DNA of 64,000 nucleotides from Blastocladiella emersonii ATCC 22665 (Eukaryota > Fungi > Blastocladiomycota): assembly GCA_025594325.1 (NCBI GenBank), contig JANHCV010000002.1:310001-374000 (forward strand), given 5' to 3'. The translations under genes and the position numbers were made by a program. How positions within the stretch are numbered: position 1 is the first letter of the stretch; every line of letters begins with the position of its first letter. Shown in pieces: positions 54,795-64,000 of this stretch. The notes under the pieces were generated by a model that searched no databases, was not told the DNA's origin, and saw only the letters and a list, made by a program, of their open reading frames with translations.

Positions 54795-56630
54795 CTACAA
54801 CGCGACCGCAGCTCCATCCGCGCCGGTCGCGCCCGCCGCCGCCGCCGCCGCGCTCGCGGCGTCAGACTCCATACTCCGCACGAGCGAGACCGCGGCGGGA
54901 CTCTCGGCGAGCGAGTTAACCGCACGCGCGCGGTCCCCGAGCGCGGCCGCCGCGGCACACTTATTGCCCGCCTTGCCCTGGTGGCGGCGCAGCGCGTCCT
55001 GGCGGGCGTACCGGTCGCCGCAGCTGCACTGGTACGGCTTCTCTCCCGTATGCACGCGGGCGTGGCGGACGCAGTCGGCCTTGCGGCGGAACGTCTTGTC
55101 GCACTCGGTGCAGGCGAAGAGCTTGATGGCCGAGTCGCCCTCGCCGTGCTCGATCACGGTGAGGCCGAGGGACAGGTTGGAGGGGGAGGTCGGGACGCGT
55201 GGCGATTTCGGGGATTGCGGCTGGTTGTTGGGCTGAGAGGGGGAAGTGGACGACGAGTACGGGTGGAACCCGACGAGCGCGCCCGAGGAGAGAGCGGACG
55301 GCACGCGGCGGCGCGGCGGCAGCTTGGTCGGCGGCTTGGCGCCCGGCGCGAGCGTCGGGAACCCGAACGCCGTGATCCCCGGCGACAGCGGCATCGTCGG
55401 CGTCGTCGGGGTTGGCGGCAGGCTGCTGCCGTTGCCCGAACCGGGCGGCAGGATCGCCGCGACCGCGGGCGCGGCGGCGGCGCCGGCGGCGGCCTGCGCC
55501 TGGAACGGTCTCGCGTTCGGCGACACGCTGCGGCCGCCGAGGACCGGGTACGCGTTCGAGTACGCCTGCGCGGCGCCGGCGCCGGCGTGGCCGACCCCGA
55601 GCCCGAGCTGCGGCGACGGCAGGCCCATGGACAGCGTGGTGGCGGCGGGCGCGGACGCGGCCATCCCCGCGGCACCGCCCTGCGGCATGGCGAACGGGAG
55701 GTACATGGACGACGACGACGCCGCAGACGACGCGGCGGGCTGGCTGGGCACGACGACGGGGACGGGCATCGCAGCCGACCGCTGGTACTCGTGCTGTTTC
55801 GCGGCCGCGGCCGCGGCGCCGCCCTTGGACAGCGCGTACGACAGCTCGGGGGTGGTGGGCGGCGAGGGCGGCGAGGCCCAGTCGAAGACGTGCGCGGGGA
55901 GCGAATTTGGGAGGTGCGAGGTGGCGGGGGCCGCGGCCAGCGGCTGCTGCGGGGCTGCCATCTGGTCCTGCAGCGGCTGGGCCGGGGCAGAGGGGTTCCA
56001 CGCCGACGGCGCCGACGACGCGAGCGGGACCGCGGCCGAGGGCGCCGAGGTGCCGAGGAAGCTGGCCATGTCCATGCACGCAGCCGAGAAGTTGGCGCCG
56101 GCGCCGGCGGACGCCGGGCCTCCGTACTCCCATGGCGCCGGCTGGTACTGCTGCGGAACCGCCATCGCAGCCGCCATCCCCGACGTGGCGACGGTGGGCG
56201 AGAAGCAGTCGGCGGTCGCGCTGGGCGGGGTGTTGACGCTGATAGACGCCTTGGCGAGGGCGGCGTGGAGCGAGAAAGCGTCGAGGTCGAGCGGCAGCAG
56301 GCGCGATGCGGGCGACGTCGGCAGCGAGGGGGCCGCCGCACCGCCTGCGGCTTCCGCGAACAGGCCGAGGTCCAGCGCCGACGGGTCCGCGGCGGGCGGC
56401 GGCGACCCGATGAGCAGCTCGAACCAGGCGTTGAGCGCGGACCCGTCGTCCATGACGGTCGGCATCGGCGGGATGCCCTCGCTGCTGCTGGTGGTTGGTG
56501 CGGGCGGGTACGGCTCGGCCGCGGGGGCGATCGTCGAGGTGGACGGCATGCTCGACCCGTCCATGGCGGCGGCGAACGAGGCCATGAGCGCCGGGTCAAA
56601 GTCGGAGGCGGCGGAGCTGAACGAGTTCAT
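54795..56630 (-). CDS. C2H2 zinc-finger transcription factor (two C-terminal fingers)
   Basis: FACTECDKTFRRKADCVRHARVH-TGEKP-YQCSCGDRYARQDALRRH. Likely ATG at 56630 directly after a polypyrimidine/CAG acceptor (5'UTR intron). Confidence 0.85.
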   Translation of the reverse strand: MNSFSSAASDFDPALMASFAAAMDGSSMPSTSTIAPAAEPYPPAPTTSSSEGIPPMPTVMDDGSALNAWFELLIGSPPPAADPSALDLGLFAEAAGGAAAPSLPTSPASRLLPLDLDAFSLHAALAKASISVNTPPSATADCFSPTVATSGMAAAMAVPQQYQPAPWEYGGPASAGAGANFSAACMDMASFLGTSAPSAAVPLASSAPSAWNPSAPAQPLQDQMAAPQQPLAAAPATSHLPNSLPAHVFDWASPPSPPTTPELSYALSKGGAAAAAAKQHEYQRSAAMPVPVVVPSQPAASSAASSSSMYLPFAMPQGGAAGMAASAPAATTLSMGLPSPQLGLGVGHAGAGAAQAYSNAYPVLGGRSVSPNARPFQAQAAAGAAAAPAVAAILPPGSGNGSSLPPTPTTPTMPLSPGITAFGFPTLAPGAKPPTKLPPRRRVPSALSSGALVGFHPYSSSTSPSQPNNQPQSPKSPRVPTSPSNLSLGLTVIEHGEGDSAIKLFACTECDKTFRRKADCVRHARVHTGEKPYQCSCGDRYARQDALRRHQGKAGNKCAAAAALGDRARAVNSLAESPAAVSLVRSMESDAASAAAAAAGATGADGAAVAL

Positions 56631-57896
56631 CTGTGGAGAAACAAAAAAATTAATGCACGGTAGAGTGCGCGGGAGAGCGGGGGCCGTTTCGTGTGAGATT
56701 GGAGGTTTCCGAGCACGCAACCTGCGACGAAGACAAGGGAACGCACCGACGGAGCAAACATCGGAGGAGCAGAGAGGAGAGGGAGAGAGCGGTTGCAGGA
56801 AGATTCGGTTCGCGCGGGGGGCAGTCGCGATACTTGACGACGAGCGCCAGCGCGAGCTCAACGATGACGGCAGGCGAGGCTGAGGGCGGGAACAAGGTCA
56901 AGGACAACGGGCACAGCAAGCGCTTGCTCCAGAGTCGACGCGGGTCTGCAACGTCGGGGTTTAAGCGGCCACCAGCCACCGAGTCATGGAAGTCGGCGGG
57001 AGCGGGAGAAGAGCGAGTGTGCGAGCGTGACGTTAGTCGCCTGGTCGGGTCCCTTGTCTCCGTCTCAGACTCGGCCTCCGCCTCGTCCTCCGTTCCCCGC
57101 ATCGCGGCCGCCGCAGCCCAGCGCTCTAGTTTAGACGCAAGCGCGCCGATGGCGCAGCGCGCGGGGCGCCACTGGGGCTCGCTGGGCTGCTGCTGCTCGC
57201 GGACACAAGGGCTCCGCACCAGAACAAGGGGCCGTGACCGCAATGCGTACCGTTACCGTGAGATGAGGTTCGGGCGGCCGACGAGCGATGCGCGCTGACG
57301 TCTATCAAAAGTCTATGGGGGTTCTAGGGGGGCGGGAGCAAAAGACTCAACCGCGCGCTCTGTCTATGTCGTCTATACAAGTCGCTGCTGCTGTCGTCGT
57401 TGGAGGTGGAGAGCGAGGACGCGAGCCGGACTCGCAAGGGAAGCATGGGCCCGCGGGCCCGCGAGGCACAGCCTGCGTGCGTGCGCACTCATACGCTGGT
57501 GACGAGGGTGGCGCAGGCTTTCCTCATGCGCGCGTGCGCGCACTCGTGCTGCCGCTGGGGCCATCCACCGCGCCATTCAGAATGAATGACGAACGCGGGC
57601 CGAGCGATGGCCATGAACGCAGCGATGGCCATGGTCGATGGTCGCGTCGCGTCTCGCGCCGGCCGCTGGCCACGCGACGCGGCCTGAAACAACCCACCCT
57701 ACAACCCAGCGTTTGCGGTCACGGCCGCCGCCGATTGGCCCAACCACCACCATCACGCGTCTCATCGACGACACGTTCTTTCCAGCACGGACGTGTGGGT
57801 GTGGGCAAGCAAAAAGGCGATTGTAGACTGTACACTATGGGGTGTGGTTGTGGGTGGTGCGCGAGGCAGCGAGCACAAAACTCCTCATCGTCGTAG

Positions 57897-59532
57897 TCAT
57901 GGCCCGAGTCCCACGACGGCCGACGCGGTCCTCGACATGACGAGCTCGCGGACCGCCCTCGCGACGTCGGGGTCGCGCGTGAGCGTGAAATCGCGGTCGA
58001 TATTCCCCTCGTTGGGCTCGACCTTGGCGAACTCGAACCACATGACGAGCGCGACGCCGAGCCGGCGCGCCGCGGGCGACACGAGCTGGGCGAGCCACGC
58101 AAGCTTCATGTCGCGGCCGAACGCGCGGCCCGCCGCGGTCCCGGCGCCGTTGACCTGGTCGATCGGGCTCGGGTGGTACGCGGCGGCCGTCTCGAACACG
58201 CCGAACGGCTTGGTGCCGTGCGACCGCGCAAACGACGTGATGGACCACTTGCCCTGCGCGAGGGCCGACGCGACGGCCGTGGGCTCCGGCATCGTGTTGC
58301 GGCCGAACGGGTACGGGCCGAACGCGAACGCGCTCATCGAGATCCAGTCGACCCACTACGATCAGCGGGCGGGTGGGTGAGTACAGCACGACCAAGGCCG
58401 CGAGAGAGCGAGAACGCGTACCTCGTCGCCCGGGTAGTACGGCGAGAACGGGTCGTCATCCCCGTTGACCTGCCCGTCGCGGTTCGTGTCGAGCGCGTCA
58501 AAGTCCTCGGACCCCGGCGCGGGTACAACCTTGGCGACGGGCGCGTTCGGGGACCAGACCAGACTCGTGAGCTTGGCGCGGGCCTTGACGACGCGCGCGA
58601 GCTCGATCCACGCGCGCTTATACCCCAATGGCTTCTGCGCCCACGGGTACCAGTTGCCGTTCATCTCGTGGGCGAAGCGCAGCAGGATCGGGATCCCGCG
58701 GTCGTTGACCGTGGCCAGCAGCATCGCGATCTTGTCGATGACGGCCGGCGTCAGCATCTCGAGCCCCTGCATCGGTTCCAGGGTGACGAGCAGAAAGCCG
58801 CGCGCGGTCCGCACCGCGTCGGCGTGCGCCAGGAACTCGACCGGGTTCTTGATCCCGTCGGCCGCGTCGACGAGGGCGAAGGCGCCGAAGCCGGACCCGT
58901 TGAAGCCTAGTGATGGGAGAGCGTGAGTCCGCGACCGCGGATCGAGTCGGGAGAAGGAGAAACGCACCGCCGCCGATCCGCGCGTTCCAGTCGGCGGGCG
59001 ACGCGGGCGTCCACGCGGCGCCGTCGCCCCAGATGTGCGCGCCGAACAGGATGCGGTCGTTGACGGGCGTGACGAGCTTGCCGAGCATCCCGCCGAGCGG
59101 TGTTGGCGACCCAGGCAGCTGCGCGGGGGCGCCCGTCGGTCCCATGGTCGTCGAGTTGGTATCGGCCCTTGGCTTCGCCCCACCGCTGCCGCGCGCCTGC
59201 TGCGCGGGGAAGGCGATCACCTCGGACACGTACAGCAGGCCGAACACGACGCCGCCGAGGAGCACCAGGATCGTGAAGGTGACGGTCGCGCGCACGGTGC
59301 GGCTGCTGCGCTGCCACAGCGACGGCTGCTGGGTCTCGGCGGCGAGGGCTCGCCTCCGCCTTGCCGCCGAGGACGGGCTCGGTGACGAGGAGTGGCTGTG
59401 CGCGCGGCTGTGCCCGCGGCTGTGCGAGGACGGGGTGCCGAAGGGCGACGGCGAGGGGGACGACGTGGCCGAGGTGTGGTAGTGCGCCGCCGCCGCGGAC
59501 CGCGAGCTCGTCGGCGCGCGCGGTTTCGGCAT
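57897..59532 (-). CDS. Glycoside hydrolase family 26-like, type II membrane-anchored, 3 exons
   Basis: LRFAHEMNGNWYPW (acid/base Glu), WSPN, PYYPGDE|WVDWIS, FETAA (nucleophile region); N-terminal TM VTFTILVLLGGVVFGLLYV; introns 58907-58967 and 58356-58421. Confidence 0.8.
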
Positions 59533-60115
59533 GGTCGTCGGCGGGGGCGCGGACGGGGTATCGAATGGTGCAAGAGGGGAGAGAGCGCGAAGGGTCTAGA
59601 AGGCGCCGTGTTGTCTGGTTCGTGAGTGGCGGCGGCGACAACGACCGACCGAGCGCAGGCAGACAGGCAGGGCACCGCAACGCCGGCCCCGATAGTGGTG
59701 CGTGGGGGGGGAGGGGGGCGGGCAGAGGGCGTTGCACCGAGTCGGTTGGGCGCGCGAGGCCGGGCGAGATGCGTGGTGCCGGGGGGGCAAGTGACAGCCG
59801 AACACTTCGAGACGGGGACGAGAAGGGTGCCCGAGGTGGCGGCGGCGGCGGCGGGCGGCGTCGTTGGCGCGCGGGAGAAGGCGGCGCCGCCTCACTTCGC
59901 CGCCGCGCGCGAGGTCGGCACCACTCCCTCCTCGCTCGTCCTCTGCGTGGGCTCCCACGCCAGTCCGCGCCAAGAATCAAGGACCGGCCAAGCTCGATCC
60001 GTTCGCGTCGCGCCCGCGATCGGCCGCCAGGCAAGCCGCCAGGCAAGCAAGGAGACGCGAGCAGCAAAAGGTCCCTTCCCATTCACACGCGCCTCGCACG
60101 CAGGCCCCAGCCGCG

Positions 60116-60160
<45 letters not shown>
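60116..60160. repeat. (TCA)15 microsatellite, read as (TGA)15 on the minus strand
   Basis: 45 nt of perfect TCA repeats. Confidence 0.95.
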
Positions 60161-60163
<3 letters not shown>

Positions 60164-61576
60164 CTCGCCCAACGTGCTTTCGCGCCCGCCGCCCTCGCCC
60201 GTGGCGCTCGCCAGTACGGCCCGCGGCAGCCAGCTCTCGCGTCCGTGCACCCGTGCGCCCGCCGCCACCACGCGGTTGCGCGGGTCGTGCAGCGCCGCCT
60301 TCCACGTCAGCGGGACCGGCTCGGGGTCGTTGTCGGGCTCGGGGTCGTACGGCGGGAGGTCGGGCTGTGGCGCCGAGTGGGGCGGTGGTTGTTCGACGAC
60401 ATCGGCTTGGCCTTGGTCTGGCGGGGGCGACAGCGCGCGCTCGAGGAGCGCGGCGCGCCACGGGCTCGCCGACCGCGCCCTCGCCTCGCCGCCCGTCGAC
60501 TTGTTACTGGCCGTGCGCCGCCTTGACCGCGCCCTCGACTGCTGCTGCTGCTGATGCGATGCGGCTGTCTGCGGTACCACGAGGAACACGTCGCGCGAAC
60601 CTCCGTCCTCCTCCTCCTCCTCCTGCTCCATGAGATCCATAGCCGACGTCGCCATGCGCGACGCAATCATCTTGTGCCGCGCCGCCGCCGCGCGCATCGT
60701 CGCCAGCTTCTTGGCGTGCTGCCGCAGGTACTCCTGCGTCTGGAACACGGCCTCGGTCGCGATCGGCCGCGTCGCCGCATCGGGCGTCTGCGAAATGCGC
60801 CGCCGCGGCGGGCCGCGTGTCGACGCGTTGTGCTCTGGTTCAGCGGAGCCGCCGAACACCGGGTCCGACATGGGCCGCCGCTCGTGTGCGGATGCCGCGG
60901 CGACGGAGGCGGCGGCGGCCATGGACTGGCGACGCTGCATCGCGGCGCGCGCCGCGGCGGCGAACCCGGCGAGCGGGCCGCCACCACCGCCGTGGTCGGT
61001 GTGGGTCGCCGGGCCCCCGCCGCCGCTGTCCAGCATCGACTCGCCCGGCGTACTCGCGCCGCTCCGGCCCGGCCCGCCCGCAGCGGCGGCCGCTTGCGCG
61101 ACCAGCGCCAGGTTGATGCGCGTCCGCAGCAGCGTGTTGTTGACGCGCCGGATCGCCTCCTCGGACGCGGGCAGCAGCGACAGCGCCTTGTCAATCGACG
61201 GCAGCGGCGGCGCCCGCGACATGATCGAGCTCGCCTTGCCGAACCCCGACGTCAGGCTCTGATTGAGTGCCGACGCGTCGGTTGCGGGATCGGTCGCCGG
61301 GAACCGCGCGCCGCGGCGTTTTGGCGGGGGAGCGGCGGCGGCGTGGTGGGATCGCGGAGCCTTGCTGCCGCGGCTATGGTCGGCTGGCGTGCCGGTGCTG
61401 CGACCGGGTGGTGCGAGCGGATCGAGCACCGCGCCAGTGACCGTGTCCGCGAGCCCGAGCTTGTCCGCGACCTCGTTGATCGTGAGCGGGACCTCGTTCA
61501 GGAAGCTGGGCGAGAGCGTGTCCGCGACGAGCGACAGGCGCTTTGAGCTGACTTGAGATTGTCGTCGAGAGTTCAT
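60158..61576 (-). CDS. Hypothetical protein, 472 aa, low complexity
   Basis: Open GC3-rich ORF from an ATG (MNSRRQSQVSSKRLSLVADTLSPSFL); no recognisable domain. Confidence 0.55.
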
Positions 61577-62370
61577 GGCGCTTTACTTCCTTCATCGAGT
61601 CGGATCGGTTACGAGAGGACAAGCACGCGTCGGCGAAACAGGCGGAGAAACGCGTGCGAGACACGCACGTGCGCAGTGTCTCCAACACGTGCGGGCGCGG
61701 CGCGACGCGTCGCGCGTTTTGGACTCAGTCGCGCGAACGCGCGCGCGCGTGCCGCCCACCATCGCCGACCTCCCCCGGATGCGCACCGGGAGAAACCGAG
61801 GAGCGAGCGCAGCACCTGCAGCAGCGGCGCGCCTCCAAGCGCGAGCGTCTCCTCTTGTCCGCCCAGTCGGCCATGTCCTGATCCATGGAACCCGCCGCGA
61901 TCGGATCACCGAAACCGACCGCCCCCGCCGCTGCCGGCCCACCGTCCGCTGCTGCCGCACTCCTCCGCCTGCCGCTGCCGCTACCGCGCCACTGCGAGAC
62001 TGGGACCGGGATCCTCGCCGCGATATCGCGTCAACCGCTGCTCCTCCCGCCGCCGCTAGCCCGCCTGCACCTGGCCGTCTCGCACCCGCGCCCGCCATCG
62101 CCGTCTCCCGGTGCGACCGCGGCCGTTGTTATAGACGATAGACCCACATTGTTGCTGCCCCGCCGCCGCCGCCCGCCCCTCCGCTGCCGGGAGCCCGCGC
62201 CCCCTGCCGCTGCTGCCGTCCGACGTCTCGACGCGATCCTCGCTTTCCTCGCCCCCTCGCCGTGGCGCGACCTCCTCGACGCGTCGCTCGGCACGCCTTT
62301 CGCTGCCCTCGTCTACTGGGCGCTCTGCCATCTCGGCCCGATCGGATACTACCTCGAGTCAACGACTACG

Positions 62371-64000
62371 ATGCCGCCGTCCGAACCCTCGCTCGCCAAC
62401 GGCGAGGCCGCCGCGCGCCGGCTCTCGGGCACGACTGCCACCGGCGCGGCTGCGCTCCGCAGCAAGGTTCGCACGTCCGAGACGCACCCCCTGAACGGTC
62501 CGTGTGCTTTCGATCTGCCGCCCGTCGCGTCGCTCACACCGCAACCGACGTGTAGTCTCATGGCTCTTCACCGACGAGGCCATGGACCACCCGCCGCCGG
62601 ACCCGCTGGCCGTAGACCTGGCCGCGTACAACGGCCGGCGTCCCTCCTCCTCTACCCCACCCCTTCCCGCCCCCTCCTCCGCCGACACCCGCCCGCAGCC
62701 CAAACGCGCCAACTACACGACGGTGCTGTCCGAGGAGTGGGCCGCCGAACACCCGGGCGTGCCTGCCGTCGACTTGTTCGACGTGATCGCCAAGTCCATC
62801 TCGCTGCGCGTGCACCCGTCCAACCCGCCGCCGCCGCGGCCCAGCGAGATCTGCCGCGTGTACCCGCCCGCGCCCGGCGCCGTCGGGAATATCGGTATCT
62901 CGTCGTGTCCTGGCAAGAAGGTCCGGCTCGACGAGCAGAGCACGATTGCCGCAGCCGCGGGGACCGGGCGGCAGCCGGTCTGTCGCGAGCTCGGACACGA
63001 TATGCCCCGGCTCGCGGGGCTCGGGATCAAGTTGATTGTTTGGTACGCGGCCGACGGTCAGTAGGGGCGGCGGTGTGGTGGGTGTAGAGGTTAACGGGAT
63101 CGTGTATCACGGCGTGTAGCTGTCTGTACGACGAGGAGATGGCGTCCGTTGGCGCGCCGTGGCCCGAGTACTCGGCCGCCGCGACGGCCGCTGGGATCGA
63201 GGTCGTGCGGTACGACTCGCGCTCGCTTATCACACTCCCGGCCGCAGACTCACACTCGCGCAACGTCTAGGATCCCGATGATCGACGGCAAAGTCCCGCC
63301 GGACCGGCGCGTGCTATCGCGCACGCTCGAGGCGATGCACGCGCGGCTCGAGTCAGGCGCCAACGTGCTGGTGCACTGCCGCGGCGGGATCGGCCGCGCG
63401 GCGCTCGTCGCGTGCTGCTACCTGCTGCGGTACGGGTGGATCCGGACGGACCGGCGCGCGATCGGCCTGCTGCGGATGCGCCGTTCGCCGCGCGCCATCG
63501 AGACGCCGATGCAGGAAGAGTACATCCACGCCTACTTCCGCGACATGCAGTGCCGGCTGCGGTGGGTCACGCAGTGGCGGCGCAACCCGGCGAGCGTCCC
63601 GCCCATCGACGTCCACGGCGAGGGCCGCATCCGCACCGTCGACGACGATATCGACGGGTGGATGTTCCCGCTCCCGCCCGACGCGACCGAGGCCGAGAAG
63701 CGCGGCGCGCGCGAGTCTATGGGGTCTAGCGGGTTCGGCATCGAGTTCATGGTCGGCAGCGCGTCCCTCGCGGAACCGACCACCGCCATGAGCTCGGGCA
63801 TGATGAAGCCCGCGTCGCGCCCGTCGCGCTCGGACCTGATGCAGGACGACCTGGCGCCGCCGCCGACCAAGACGGAGCGATCGCTCAGCCTACCCGTCAA
63901 CAACAAGTCCTCGGTGCGCCGCGCGTCGGACATCACGATCCCGACGACCGTCACGTCCAGCGCCGACTCGGCCGACGACCTCGCGGCGCCGCGCGCGCTG
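62371..64000 (+). CDS. Dual-specificity phosphatase, CDKN3/KAP-like fungal family (runs off the window end)
   Basis: RTSETHPLN|VSWLF (intron 62498-62555), SSCPGKKVRL, C|CLYDEEM...PWPEY, catalytic VHCRGGIGRAALVACC, RRSPRAIETPMQEEYI. Confidence 0.85.

Noticed and set aside
59864-60633. ORFs with poly-Met, poly-Ile, poly-His or poly-Ser runs
   Set aside because: Artifacts of translating the (TCA)15 microsatellite.
1-64000. Bacterial, phage or prokaryotic defence-island interpretation; rRNA or tRNA genes
   Set aside because: Consistent spliceosomal introns and fungal genes; no rRNA or tRNA-like sequence recognised by eye.

Overview
GC-rich eukaryotic DNA with short (mostly 58-78 nt) GT-AG introns (donors GTACG[T/C] or GTGCGT, acceptors YAG, CTAAC/CTGAC-type branch points). 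Gene content (fungal kinesin-1, NMNAT, Sut1-type transporter, TmcB-like protein, F-box-like ankyrin/LRR genes) suggests an early-diverging zoosporic fungus, probably Blastocladiomycota (inference). Three zones. (1) 1-13.8 kb, fast-turnover block, all genes on the minus strand: four paralogs of an intronless family I cannot name (P1 truncated, P2-P4 open), each 115-137 bp downstream of a conserved 23-bp motif (CACATG-N8-[A/T]CGCGTCTC), interleaved with two duplicated Mei2-like RRM + RS-domain genes (one frameshifted) and a frameshifted F-box-like/ankyrin gene. (2) 14.5-34 kb: a cytochrome b561-b5-FAD/NAD(P)H reductase-SH3 fusion, a kelch membrane protein, an SH3-SH3-PX protein, an LRR pseudogene, an internally deleted Helitron2/Helentron-type element (~26757-31541; 16-bp asymmetric inverted repeats, 3' hairpin, decayed PIF1 helicase) and duplicated Cys-rich GPI-like genes. 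(3) 34-64 kb, core-like genes: kinesin-1, TmcB-like, Sut1-like, NMNAT, a large single-pass protein, a C2H2 factor, a GH26-like hydrolase, a hypothetical protein ending in (TGA)15 and a CDKN3-like phosphatase running off the window. No rRNA, tRNA or CRISPR array was seen. All calls are by eye, with no database searches.
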